Origin: Selaginella moellendorffii
Lineage: Eukaryota > Plantae > Lycopodiophyta
Reading direction: 5' to 3'
DNA length: 64,000 bases
NCBI RefSeq assembly: GCF_000143415.4
Contig: NW_003314261.1
Coordinates: 5,482,360 to 5,546,359, forward strand
In this document: in pieces, positions 37,562 through 50,296 of the stretch
How the letters are laid out: every line of letters starts with the position of its first letter
Numbering within the stretch: position 1 is the first letter of the stretch
Made by a program: the position numbers and the translations under genes
The notes under the pieces: generated by a model
Told to the model about the DNA's origin: nothing
The model's input: the letters and a program-made list of their open reading frames with translations, nothing else
The model's database searches: none

Positions 37562-38160
37562 GGGATTGGATCGGCCTCTATCTTGTGTTAGTCTGTGTGT
37601 TCATGTTCTTCCAAGAACTTACATTGTAACTACGTAAAAAGTTAAAAAAAAAGATGCTTCTGTTGTGTTTGTAAACCTTGGTGCGATTAAAATTCACATA
37701 GGCGAGCGCTACTTTTCTTGTGTTCGCAAACCATGGTGCGATTAAAATGCGAATATGCGAACGCTCGGATAGAGCTAACGGGTCTCGCTGGAAATATAAC
37801 ACGTGGCATGGACACGCCCTCCTACCTAGATATATTCGCCAATTTTCAAAATGGTACACCTGTTACTCCTGGAAGGGACAGCTTACTCGCTGTCCGCATG
37901 ACACGTGTTAAGTCTCATCTACGTGTCGATTTCAAATGCGCCGTGACCGAGGTCCCGGTTCGATTCCCTCGTTTGAATAATTTCTAGGCGTTGGTGGCGG
38001 ACCAAGGAGCGAGGTAACTTTCCGTCCTCCCTAGTAAAAATTCTCCATAAATCTGCGATTATTAGTCAATCCGTGAGGAACAGGAGGAGCGTTTCTTTCT
38101 TCGTGCCTAGTTTCTCTTCGAGTTCTCTGATCGATCGATCGATCGAGGTAGCGAGCGACG

Positions 38161-39501
38161 ATGCCGCAGGGTCAGTTTGTGAAGATCCAGTGCAAGGCCG
38201 ATAGCGCCTACAATCTTGCCGCCCGGACCGATGGCGTGGTGATGGCCCCGGCCGATGAATCCGATCCTCGCCAGGTATGCTCTGCCTTGATATTTCCTTT
38301 CGATCGCCCGCGATGTTGATCGATGCTTACTTTTTTCCCCATCTCGATCGATCCATCGCTCCAGCAATGGTACAAGGACGAATCATGGGAGCATGTCAAG
38401 GATGCCAAGGGCTCCGCGAGCTTTGCATTGATCAATCGGGCTACTGGCCAAGCCCTCACGCATCCGGGCGGCCTAGATACCCAGGTACTTTGGATCTATC
38501 CTTTGGGAAAAACTAATTTCTAAGTTCTTTGTCTGTTTGATCGATCGATCGATGCATAGGTGACTATGTCCGACTACTTTGGGGATTCCGAGGATAAGTC
38601 TACTCTGTGGACACTTAGCCAAGATGTGTGTGGGGGCTGGAACGCTTTGCGACCATACTATGATACTTCTCTCAACTTATCCACGAATCACTGGGATAAG
38701 AAGCATGGTGGTCTCACCGATGGGACTGACGTCTTGATCACTAAGTGGAAGGAGTACGATAACCAATGCTGGAAGCTAGTTCCTACGCGTAAGTTTTTCG
38801 ATGGTTTTCTTTTGGATCTTCGCTGAAGGAAGAATGAACAGGTGATAGCACGGGCGGAGCCGATCATTTCCACCGTGTTTTGAGGACCGAGAGCCGTGTG
38901 GTTGATCGCTCCTTGCATCACCTGCCGAAGTATAGTCTCGTCACCAAGGCCGGAGAAGGTTACAGCGTGAGTGCGCGTGGAGACGGCGTGGTCCTTGCGC
39001 CTAGCAATCCATCCGATGGCCGCCAGGTATGTTCTACAGAAAAAAAAGTTCTTTGTTTCATCAGATTCTAAGGAAACTTTTGGAAACTTTGTAGCAATGG
39101 ATCAAGGATGACTGGTGGGGCAGCAAGCTCAAGGATTCCCTTGGCCAGCCTGCTTTTGTGATGCTCAATGTGGCTACGCAGCACGCTCTTTCTCACGCTC
39201 CCGGCGAAGGCCAGCAGGTAATCGCACGAGAAGTTTAATCCTTCTTGTAGCTCAGCGTTTTGCTTTTGCTCCTCAGGTTTCTCTGGCAAAGTTTGTCCCC
39301 AATCTCCTCAACCAGGACATACTCTGGACGAAGCAGGAAGTTGGACATGGATGGTTTGCTGTGAGACCCGCCAATAACGTGAAGGTCACCATGGATGCTT
39401 TCCGTGCCGATAAGAAACATGGTGGGCCGAGCGATGGGACCAAAGTCGTGGTGTTCAAGTGGAGCGACCAGGAAAACCAGCACTGGAAGTTCACTGAGTG
39501 A
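38161..39501 (+). CDS. Two-domain EUL lectin, 6 exons
   Basis: MPQGQFVKIQCKAD..DPRQ|QWYKD..ALINRATGQAL..DKKHGG..DNQCWKL, then a second domain QWIKD..DAFRADKKHGG..ENQHWKFTE*. Confidence 0.9.
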
Positions 39502-40655
39502 GAGAAGAAAAGTGAGAATTTTCTATGTGTGTCTGTATTGTCAAAAGCTAGTCCATCAATGAGCACTACTTATAGATCCTGGAAACCATGTAAGCTTTAC
39601 TTTATGCGGTTCTGGAATCTAGATCTTGAGAAGCTAACCAAAGAAATAGTTTACCGTAGTCTATCACCGACAATTTGCCTCGTAAAGTTCTCACAGCCAT
39701 CTGCTTGACAAAGCACTATTGACATACGAAGCGAATTACAAAGGTTCAAATTATCGCAGAATTGCAAGCTTATTTTCGCAGTCTCATGCTTTTTGTTGGG
39801 CACCGTGAGATAAAATAGATAGATACCTGTTTATTTAAATTGAAGATGTATATAATCTTTTACATATTAATTAACATTTTAATATCATTTAAATATTTAA
39901 AAAAACATTTTAGACACTAGTTTCAATCAATAATTTGGCGAAAAATCAGATAAAAAGCATGGAAAAGCGAGAAAAATCACAGATTGGCACCACGGAATCG
40001 TAACCCTATGGGTAATGAGAGTCGGTACATAGACCATAAATTCCAAAAACATGTCTTATTAGATATTCTGGGGTATGTGATATAAACTTCGGTGGGGGCG
40101 ACGACTTGTGAGGAGTTTATGTCCTGGCAAGCCTTTCCAGGCACAATGATATTTACCTATTTTGTCTAGGTAGTTCTACCCCTTTGGTCTGATGGGCGCT
40201 ATCCGAAAAATATGTATTATTATATGTTGTTTATGGTGCCCATCTTGAAATCTTGAAGGATAGACATGATAATGTTTTAGCTGGCTGTTGGAGTAGGGCC
40301 TCCAACTCGATGCCGAGTTTGTCCATCCATCTCTCGCAATTGTGCCACCAGCTAATGCATAACATCACTAATTTGCCAGAACATTTTTCACTAAAGTTCT
40401 ATCCCTCTCAATTGAAATTTTCAAAAGCTAATTCATCAATGAGGTGTTTACTGCCCACAATACAAGGTGTTTTGTGTAAGACACTTATAAGATCCTAACC
40501 TACCTTACACACTCAATGGACGAACCACAGCAATATTTCCTATTATTTTATCACCGACAGTTTGCCGCATAAAGTCATAGCGTAGAGCCACGATATCTCC
40601 GTGTTTGACAAAGACGCGTTTAAGGCCCATGCGTTCTATCCACAATATCTTGATT

Positions 40656-40767
40656 GACGTGTGGCACGTGGCAGATACTAGACACGTGTCGTCAAGCCAT
40701 GGCTCCAGCTGTGAGAGGATATAAGCTTCCCCTGAGAGCATATCCTTTGCTACTTCTATATAAAAGC
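40656..40767 (+). promoter_or_regulatory. ABRE/G-box cluster and TATA box of the last EUL gene
   Basis: GACGTGTGGCACGTGGC and GACACGTGTC at 40656-40690; CTATATAAAAG at ~40757. A probable 5'UTR intron lies at ~40847-41110. Confidence 0.7.
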
Positions 40768-41144
40768 AGCCGGACGATCGCTAGGCAGACGTACGAAGCG
40801 CGAAGAACTGTAAAGGCGAGGAAAGGGGATTGAGCGTTAGCACCAGGTGAATCTCTCGATATGTTTTATTTCCCTCCAGTGTGGATCGGCCGGGATTCCA
40901 TGCTTGGATCGCAATTTTTCTCTGGCATTTTGCGACTCTACGCCATGGACGATGCAATGTGTGAAACCCCAGCCAGCGCCATCGTGTTCCCGCCTCCTCC
41001 TCCATCCCCCTCTCGCAATCCCGGCCAAGATTCATGGATTCCGGCATCACACGCTGCTCCTTGTTTGGCTGCGATCGTCTGATCCGGTGCATGTGTTCCA
41101 TTGTTTGCAGGATTCGATCGATCAGATCAAGGCGGCCCGGAAAT

Positions 41145-42794
41145 ATGGCAGAGTATGGAGGATATGGAGGAGCTCCGGACACGACGGCAGCGCCGTACGG
41201 AAGTGGACCCGAATATTCGAGCTATGGCGGAGGACGGATGGACGAGTCCGAGCCAAGGGGCTTCTTCCACCACGACAAGAAGCCGGGGCACGAGCACCAC
41301 CACGAGCAGCCCCATCGCTTCGATCAGGAGAATGTAGGTGGTGGCTATGGTGAGCAGCAGCAGCAGAGTGGCTATCACAGCAGACCAGGCGGCGGTGGTG
41401 GCAGCGCACACGAAGAGGTTTTTAAAATCGTCTGCGAGGCAAATCCCAGCTACTATCTCACTGATCGCGGTGGAGAGCTCGTGCTAGCACCTGGAAACGA
41501 ATCCAATCCTCATCAGGTACTTCGTTTGTCCAAAACTTTTTAAGTTCGTGTTTCGCATCGCTTAAACTCGAGAGTTTGTTCTTGGTGATGTAATAGCAAT
41601 GGTACAAGGACACAAGGCACAGCTCCAAGAAGGACAAGGAGGGCTTCCCTGGCTTCTCACTCATTAACAAAGCGAGCGGCTTAGCACTTTATCACGACGA
41701 CAAGAAAGATAAAGTAAGATTGTCTGCTTGTGAGCGTTTTTTCTAAAGTTTTAGTCGTGCTCGTGTGTTGTTTGTTGCTTGCAGGTGTATCTAAAACCAT
41801 ATGACGCCAATGACACAAACGAGTCTTTCCTGTGGAGCCAAAGCGCGGATGTCGGGCATGGCTACCAGTGCATCCGTCCATTTACAGACGTCCACCTCAA
41901 CCTGGACGCTTATCGTGGCGACAAAGAGCACGGAGGTGTCAAGGATGGAACGAACGTGATCTTGCACAAGTGGAACAAGCAGGAAAATCAAAAGTGGAAA
42001 ATCCTACCGATAAGTAAGTTACATTCTTTTTCTTGTTTGGCTGTGATAAACTACACTTCCTGTGACACTAACTCTTCTGCTACCCATTGTAGCTTCTACT
42101 GGTGCTTATGGTGCTGAAGCGCAGTCTTATGGTACAAGTGCTGCCTATGGTGGTGGACAAGGCCAGTCTTACGGTAAGTGACTTTTTACCTAAACTGCGA
42201 AAGCTCTCTCATGGCGCCGGCCTTTCAGGACAACAAACTGTAAAGCTTTCCTGCGAAGCGAGACCAGACTATTACGTTACTGTTCGCGGTGACTCTGTGG
42301 TTCTCGCCGCTAGTGAGGAATCTGATCCAAGACAGGTATAAAACACACAGTCAATGCGTCGGTGATCTCATATAGCTTGTCGCCGTTTCAGGAATGGTTC
42401 CAGGACAACAAGCTGGCTGCAAACATGAAAGACGAGTCAGGCTCGCCTGCGTTCGTGTTGATCAACAAGGCCACACAGAAGGCACTGCAGCATGGAGAAA
42501 AAGAATTTGATAAGGTAAAAGGATATAGATCTTTCATGAGTTATAAAACTTTTGTTTCGACAGGTGCGAGTAGTGTCCCTTCACGGCGACCGCCCCGACG
42601 AATCGGTGCTGTGGACGCTCAGCGCTGACGTTGGGAAGGGATACAGATGCCTGCGCCCTGTTGGAAACATCCATCTGAATCTGGACGCGAGCCACGGCGA
42701 TGAGAAGCACGGTGGCGTTCACGACGGCACGGAGCTCATCCTCTTCAAGTGGCTGAAGCGGGAGAACCAGAAGTGGCGCCTCACGTACGTGTAA
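41145..42794 (+). CDS. Two-domain EUL lectin with long G/Y/H/Q-rich N-terminus
   Basis: MAEYGGYGG..HEHHHEQ..FKIVCEANPSYYLT..LWSQSADVGHGY.CIRP..NLDAYRGDKEHGG..ENQKWKI; second domain ends NLDASHGDEKHGG..ENQKWRLTYV*. Confidence 0.92.
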
Positions 42795-43044
42795 ATACTA
42801 GGAACTTTGCGATGTTAATAATTAACACTACTGTAAATAAACGTTTGGGTAAGTAAAGTGAAAGAAAAATTTCCTTTTTTCTTGAAATGATGAAGATCCT
42901 GCCTAGCCTATGTCACGGTCTGGGTCAAGGTCTGAAAGCTATGAACGTATAAGCGTGTTGTATACGGGACGGCAAGATGGAGATGATAAAACGAAAGATG
43001 GTGATTGTGCCTTTAATTCATCGCATTCACTTGGAACGACGGCC

Positions 43045-45965
43045 ATGGTCTGCTCGACGCTGGTGGTGGTGACTTTCGTTGTATCCTTCTTCCTTGTTTC
43101 AATTCCCAACCCTTCCGAGGCATCGCTCCTGGATGACCAGCACGTCCTCTTGCTTACAAAAGCTTCGCTACAGGATCCTCTCGAGCAGCTCAAGGGATGG
43201 ACGAACCGAAGCTCCATTTGCTCGTGGCGAGGCGTGACTTGCGACGAGAGAGAGCTCGCGGTGGTGGGATTGAATCTCTCGTCCATGGGTCTCGGAGGCC
43301 GGCTCGACACCTTGCATCTCCTCGGCAGGCTCGAGAGCCTGACGCTTCTCAATCTCGAGAACAACAATCTGCAAGGCTGGATTCCACCACAAATCGCCAA
43401 CCACACCCTCCTGGAAGAGCTCCACCTTGGAGGCAACCCCCTCGCCCCAGCATCCATCCCCGAGCAGCTCTGTTGCCTCCATAGCTTGCGAGTTCTAGAG
43501 CTCGACAGCTCCAATCTTCACGGCTCCATTCCAGGCTGCTATGGAAATTTCACCAGGATGGAGAAGCTGCTGCTCAAGGAGAACTTCCTCACAGGCCCAA
43601 TCCCGGACTCCCTCTCGAGAATGGAAGCTCTGCAAGAGCTCGACCTTGCCGCCAACACGCTCACTGGGCCCATTCCACCGTCGCTGGGTAGCCTCCAAAA
43701 TCTCCGGATCCTCTACTTGTGGCAAAACCAGCTCTCCGGAAGAGTTCCACCGCACTTGGGAAACCTCACCATGCTTGAATGCTTCGATGTTGCCAACAAC
43801 GGCCTCGGAGGGGAGCTTCCACGGGAACTGTCCAACTTGCGAAACCTGAGGGAGTTCCACGTGTTTAAAAACAGCTTCACTGGAGAATTCCCTCCATGGA
43901 TCGCGGAGCATCCTTATCTTGTGGATATCGGCCTGACGGTGAATCAATTCTACGGTCCCATCCCGCAGAATCTCGGAGTTAACAGCAAGCTGCAAGGAAT
44001 GGATCTGGGAACCAACAAGTTCACAGGTGAGATTCCACCAAACTTGTGCATGCACAACGAGTTGGTTTACCTGGTTCTTCTTGAAAACGAGCTGTCGGGG
44101 CCGATTCCACGAGGATTACTCCAGTGTCAAACGTTGAAAAGGCTAAGGTTGGAGAACAACAACCTCACGGGTGACATCAACTTCGACGCGCCGGCTCTCA
44201 CCATAGCGATAATCCGCAAGAATAATCTGGATGGCGGCCTGTTTATAGAAGCGAGGAGTAACATGTCAGCACTGCAAACGCTGGATCTACGCTCGAATCG
44301 AATGAAAGGCGACTTACCAGAGAAGCTGAGCTCGCTCACGGGTTTGCAGAAGCTTCTGTTGGCCGGAAATCGTTTCTCCGGAAGCATTCCTCGCAACCTC
44401 GGCTTCAAGTTGAAGCAGCTCGAAGTCCTTGATCTCAGTGACAACAATCTCGAAGGAGGGATACCCCTGTCGGTTTCCAGCTGCAGCAACCTGGTCACGC
44501 TCAATCTCAGCAGGAACAGCCTCAGTGGGACGATTGCTCTTGAGAGGATGGACAAGCTTAACGCACTGGATCTCTCGCACAACCAGCTTCACGGTGGAAT
44601 ACCTCTGGCCATTGGACGATCTCCTGCTCTTGAGAACCTTGATCTCTCGTTCAACAATCTGTCCGGAGAGGTGCCGGCCTTTTGCAAGAGGATGGTGACC
44701 GACATCACAGGGAATCCCATGCTCTGTTGGCCAGAGCAGTGCAAACTCGAGGAAAAAGACGTGGAGCGGCAAGTACTTCACACCAGGGCCCTGTATATCG
44801 CGGTAGCAACGATCTCCACGGTCGCGTTTATTCTGATCGTTGGGAGCTGCCTGTCATTCTGCTGCCCGCCATACAAAAACCGGGAGCTTGAAAAAAAGAA
44901 GTGGGAGATAAATTGGTACCATACCAAGAAAGGGTCCGTGGAAGACGTCTTGGAGTGTGTGGAGAAGGGTGACAAACTCGTATCTGGCCGAAGAAGCAGT
45001 GTTTATGTAGGGATGCTGAAGGACCATGGCATTCGAGTTGCTGTGAAGAAGCTCCAGGCAACAGATGATAGCCGATGGGAGTTTGACGCTGAGGTTGCAA
45101 CACTGGGAGCGATGCGGCACAGAAACGTTGTCAAGCTGCTTGCTTCCTGCACAGACGGAGAAACTTATCTCTTGGTATATGAATATATGCCAATGGGAAA
45201 CCTGAGGGGACTCCTTCATGGTAAGATGGCGAAGAGCGTCAGCCTTGGGTGGGACAAGCGGATTGATATCATCTGCGGCATAGCCGATGGACTTGCGTAC
45301 TTGCACCACGACTACGGCCCCAAAGTCGTCCACCGAGACGTCAAGTGTGAGAACATTCTCTTGGATGCGGACATGCAACCCCGACTGGCAGATTTCGGCC
45401 TAGCCAAGCTATTGAATTGCAATAAACCTTGCACTGCTTCCAAGTTCGCTGGAAGTCACGGCTACATTGCTCCAGGTACGAATCTAACATGAAACGTTTA
45501 ACGTGTTAAAACCTGGTTGTGATTGTAGAGTATGCTTACACCCTGAAAGTCGACGAGAAGGCGGACGTGTACAGTTTTGGGATCGTGATGTTGGAAGTGG
45601 TGACGGGAAAAATGGCCACATGGAGAGATCACAGGAACGATCTGGACCTGGTGGAATGGGCCAAGGGAAAATCAGTGACGGAGCTTGCAGTAGAAGCTGA
45701 CACGGAGAGCTATGCATTGGTGCTGGAGATAGCTCTAAGCTGCGTAGAGAAGTGTCCGAGCCGGAGGCCTACGATGGAAATGGTCGTAGAAAGGCTCAGT
45801 GTCGTGAGGAGGAAAGGAAAACTTACAGGTTTAGAGAAGGATAAGGTGGATGGAAGCGAAGGAAGTGCTGAAAAACTTGAAGCTGGCATCGAAGACTGTC
45901 AAGATGGGAGAAATGCCGGAGTACAGTCGAAAACTGTGACACTACCATCGTATTCCTTTCCTTAG
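43045..45965 (+). CDS. LRR receptor-like kinase (LRR-XI-like), 2 exons (intron 45476-45528)
   Basis: Signal peptide from Met 43045, CSWRGVTC cap, about 20 plant LRRs, TM helix, VAVKK, HRDVK, DFGLAK, GSHGYIAP|EYAYTLKVDEKADVYSFG. Confidence 0.95.
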
Positions 45966-46275
45966 TGCCCCTCGCCTAGTGTCAGTTCAAGAGACTCTGT
46001 AAAGACTAAAACTCAAGGAGATGACGACTGAAGACTAGAAAAGCAAATTTCCTTACACTGTGTGGGCCTCTTAGTAATTTCGATTCTGTCCATTATTGTG
46101 TGAGACTGCTGCTATTGCGGCCAAAGAAGATATATTCATGCACTCACGTCCAATATGGTTTGACCTGTGAAGCTTTAAATTGGACATACGCTCTCCAGCA
46201 CACTCTGCAGCAAAAAAGAAAGAGCTCGAGGCTCATATAGTTAGAGAGCAACAAAAACTAAAAAGGAAAAGAGAT

Positions 46276-49136
46276 ATGGTACCTTGTGTGATCTATTTCC
46301 TACTCCTGGTAGTAATCTCCAAGGCTGATCTCGATCGTGATCATCAGGCACTAGTCGCTCTCAAAAACTCATTTGTGGATTCCGCAGGAGAGCTCCAGGA
46401 TTGGACAGGAACTGCGTCTGCCATCTGCTCGTGGAAAGGAGTGTCCTGTGACACTACTAACTCTTCCGTGGTAAAGCTCGAGCTTCCTGACAGTAATCTT
46501 GGAGGCGTCCTTGCACCCGACATAGTGAGTCTTCGATCCCTGACGCATTTGTCTTTCCAAAGCAACCTTCTCCAGGGAGAAATTCCTCGAGACCTGTTTA
46601 GCAAGCTCGATCGTCTGGAGAACGTTTCTCTCGCTGACAATAACTTCTCCGGCACCATTCCCGCCAGCCTTGGAAGCTCAACTCTAATCCGGCATCTCGA
46701 TTTGCATGACAACAATCTCACTGGAGAGATACCTTCGGGTGTTTGCCAGCTTCGCGACTTGCAGAAAATTTTTCTCGCCACTAATAAGTTCGAAGGAGAG
46801 ATACCCCACTGTCTCGGCGCTCTCACGGAACTGGAGGTGATCGGTTTCATGAAGAACAACCTGAGTGGCTCAATCCCACCATCCTTCCAACACCTGACGA
46901 AGCTGCATATCTTGGACGTGTCCGAGAACAACTTGTCCGGAGCCATTCCACCTGAGCTCGGAATGATGTCAAGCCTTGAAGTGTTGTTTGTCCATTACAA
47001 CAATCTGGCCGGAAGTATTCCACCGCAGCTCGGAAATCTGTCCCTGTTGAAGAACTTCGACGTAGCGTACAACAGACTCGAAGGAGTGATCCCCGAAGAG
47101 CTCGGAGGGATGAAGGAACTTTCCATCTTCCATCTAGCCAGCAACAAACTCACAGGTAAGTTTCCTCGGTGGCTCGCGGAGCACGACAATGTCTCGCTTA
47201 TCACCTTGAATAGCAACTCCCTCACTGGAGAACTCCCTCCAGACTTTGGAAGCAGAACAGCACTCCGGAGCGTCGATCTATCCCAGAATCATTTCACTGG
47301 AAAACTTCCGCCAGCTCTTTGTCAGAATGGAAGCTTGAAGTACCTTGCCGCACGAAACAATCAGTTCTCGGGAGATCTGCCAGTGCAACTCCAGCAGTGT
47401 CGGAACTTGGACAGGCTCCGTCTTGACGACAACTTCCTCACAGGCAGCGTCCACTTTTCCCAGTCGAATGTCCACACCATCACCCTCGCTCATAATCGTT
47501 TCAACGGGAGCCTCTCCATGCGAGACATGCCGATGCTGAACCTCTTGGACCTGTCTTTCAATTACCTCACAGGTGAGTTGCCGGCGGTGCTCGAAACTTC
47601 ACAAAGCTTGGTCAAACTCAACTTGGCTAGCAATCGCCTGTCTGGAACTCTTCCTCTACAGCTTGGACAGCTTCAAAATCTTACGGATCTCGATCTCAGT
47701 AGCAACTTTTTCGTCGGGGACGTTCCAGCTTTGATCTCGGGTTGCGGCAGCTTGACTACGTTGAATCTGAGTAGGAACAGCTTCCAGGGAAGGTTGCTCT
47801 TAAGAATGATGGAAAAGCTCAGTATCGTAGATGTCTCGCACAACCGGCTCCACGGTGAAATACCGCTGGCAATCGGACAGTCCCCCAACCTCTTGAAACT
47901 CGATCTCTCATATAATGATCTGTCTGGAAGCGTCCCGGCCTTTTGCAAGAAGATCGATGCCAACCTCGAAAGAAATACCATGCTGTGCTGGCCTGGTTCA
48001 TGCAACACGGAGAAGCAGAAGCCGCAAGATCGGGTTTCGAGACGGATGCTCGTCATAACAATCGTAGCACTTTCAGCACTGGCGCTGGTTTCCTTTTTCT
48101 GGTGCTGGATCCATCCTCCTAAACGACACAAAAGCTTGAGCAAACCAGAAGAAGAGTGGACACTTACTTCGTACCAAGTTAAGTTGATTTCTCTGGCAGA
48201 CGTCCTTGAGTGCGTCGAAAGCAAGGACAATCTCATCTGCAGAGGACGAAACAACGTGTACAAAGGAGTGCTCAAAGGTGGCATACGGGTTGCAGTGAAG
48301 GAGGTCCAGAGCGAAGATCACAGCCATGTAGCTGAATTTGACGCGGAGGTCGCAACGCTCGGAAATATCCGGCACAGGAACGTCGTCAAGTTGCTCGCCT
48401 CCTGCACAAACAAAAAAAGTCATCTCCTGGTGTACGAATTTATGCCACTGGGAAACCTGAGAGATCTTCTCCACGGAAAGATGGCGAGGAGCTTCAGCCT
48501 TGGATGGGACAAACGGGTTGAAATCATAACTGGCATAGCCGAAGGGCTTGCGTACTTGCATCACGACTACGGGCCCAAAGTCGTGCACCGAGACGTCAAG
48601 TGTGATAACATTCTGTTGGATGCAGAGATGAAGCCTCGGCTGGGGGACTTCGGCCTGGCCAAGCTATTGAGGGAAGATAAACCGAGCACTGCTTCCAAGT
48701 TAGCTGGAACACACGGCTACATTGCTCCAGGTACGAAGCTAGAAGAAAGAAAAAAGTGATACAAACAAACAATGGTTTTGTGAATCCAGAATATGCTTAC
48801 ACTCTGAAAGTCGACGAGAGAGCGGACGTGTACAGCTTCGGCATTGTAGTGTTGGAAGTGCTGACGGGAAAGATGGCGACATGGAGAGACGCTACTAACG
48901 ATCTGGACCTGGTTGAATGGGTGAAGTTGATGCCAGTGGAGGAACTCGCGCTTGAGATGGGAGCGGAAGAACAGTGCTACAAGTTAGTGCTGGAAATCGC
49001 TCTAGCCTGTGTAGAGAAGTCTCCAAGCCTTCGTCCTACAATGCAGATTGTAGTGGACAGACTCAACGGGATTAGAAGCAGAAAGGAAAACAAGAAAACT
49101 GACCTCAATGAAGCGTTTCTTGCGGATCTTGTATAA
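46276..49136 (+). CDS. LRR receptor-like kinase, tandem paralogue, 2 exons (intron 48731-48789)
   Basis: MVPCVIYFLLLVVISKA signal peptide, CSWKGVSC cap, LRRs, TM helix, HRDVK, DFGLAK, GTHGYIAP|EYAYTLKVDERADVYSFG. Confidence 0.95.
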
Positions 49137-49211
49137 GACCGGCTATGTACAGATACAAGTTTAATTTTATTCATGATAGTAGGAAATAGAAACAAAGGCT
49201 TTCACTAATTC

Positions 49212-49999
49212 TCAAGCTGCAGGAGCGTCTAGCCATTTCTTGATGTGCTTCTGCGGACAATAAGATGATGATCTTGTGAGACCCAACAGAACTATGCTTT
49301 TAACTTCCACGTACCTCCATTTTCAGAGGGCTTGTTGATGGACCCTCACGCTCCACGACCTCGCCCTTTCTATTCACCAGGAACTTCGTGAAGTTCCACT
49401 TGACAGCATCAACCAGAAATCCCCCCTTTTCAGTTTTAAGCAGCTTGAAAAGCGGTGCGGTGTGGCTTCCATTAACATCCACCTGAAAGCACAAACCAGT
49501 TGATGCAGAAAACACAAAAAAAAGGTACCAAACTTACTTTCTGAAAGATGGGAAACTCAGCTTTGAAACGAGTGCAAGCTCGTTCCTTGATCTCTTCGTT
49601 TGAGCCAGGCTCTTGGTTGCCGAATTGGTTGCAAGGAAATGCCAGGATCTCGAAGCCTGCCAAAGAAGATTGTAACTTCAGCAACAAAACAGGATACCAC
49701 TCACCGCTATCCTTGTACTTGGCATAGAGCTCGTTCATCTCCTTGTAAGCGTCATTTGTGTATCCACTGCCACAAGAAGAGAGGAATGAATTTCACGGGA
49801 ATGAAAATCACAAGAGACGGTGAACATACCACTGAGACGCCACATTGACGATGAGCATAACCTTGCCTTTGTACTGGCTGAGAGGAACATCCTTGCCGTC
49901 GATGTCCTGTTAGAGGATAAAAAATGAGCGAGGTAGATAGAAAAAAGAAACACTTGCCTGCACGGTGAGATCGTAGATGCTGCTACCACTCTGCGCCAT
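49212..49999 (-). CDS. GPX: Glutathione peroxidase (plant Cys-type), 6 exons
   Basis: [14 protein letters not shown]|DIDGKDV..IVNVASQC|[34 protein letters not shown]|KHIKKWL. The first intron (49907-49957) is GC-AG. Confidence 0.95.
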
Positions 50000-50296
50000 T
50001 GTGATAAAGCCCTAGACAAAGTGGAGCATTTTGTACCTACATGTAAGAGATTTCCAAGCAACAAGTGGCGCTCTATCATCCACCTCATTAAAAATCAAAG
50101 ATACATAGAAATTCGACGCGTGTAACTTTGCAGGAATAGATTCCCGGAAGTTGCCTATGGAAAGAAATCGAGCTAGTCAGAGCAAAAATTGCATGAAAGG
50201 GCTCACCTTTCTCTCGATGTTGTCATTTAAATCCCAGTCTCGCGATGTTGCTGCTGCTGGTAACACTGCAAACTCGCGCCTTTCACTCCTGGAAAA

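Noticed and set aside
38128-38146. GATC tandem runs near the EUL genes
   Set aside because: Short simple-sequence tracts in UTRs/introns with no evident structure.
42910-43044. Upstream ATG as RLK1 start
   Set aside because: It adds 45 hydrophilic residues before the signal peptide and lies only 115 nt from the EUL stop; Met 43045 fits better.
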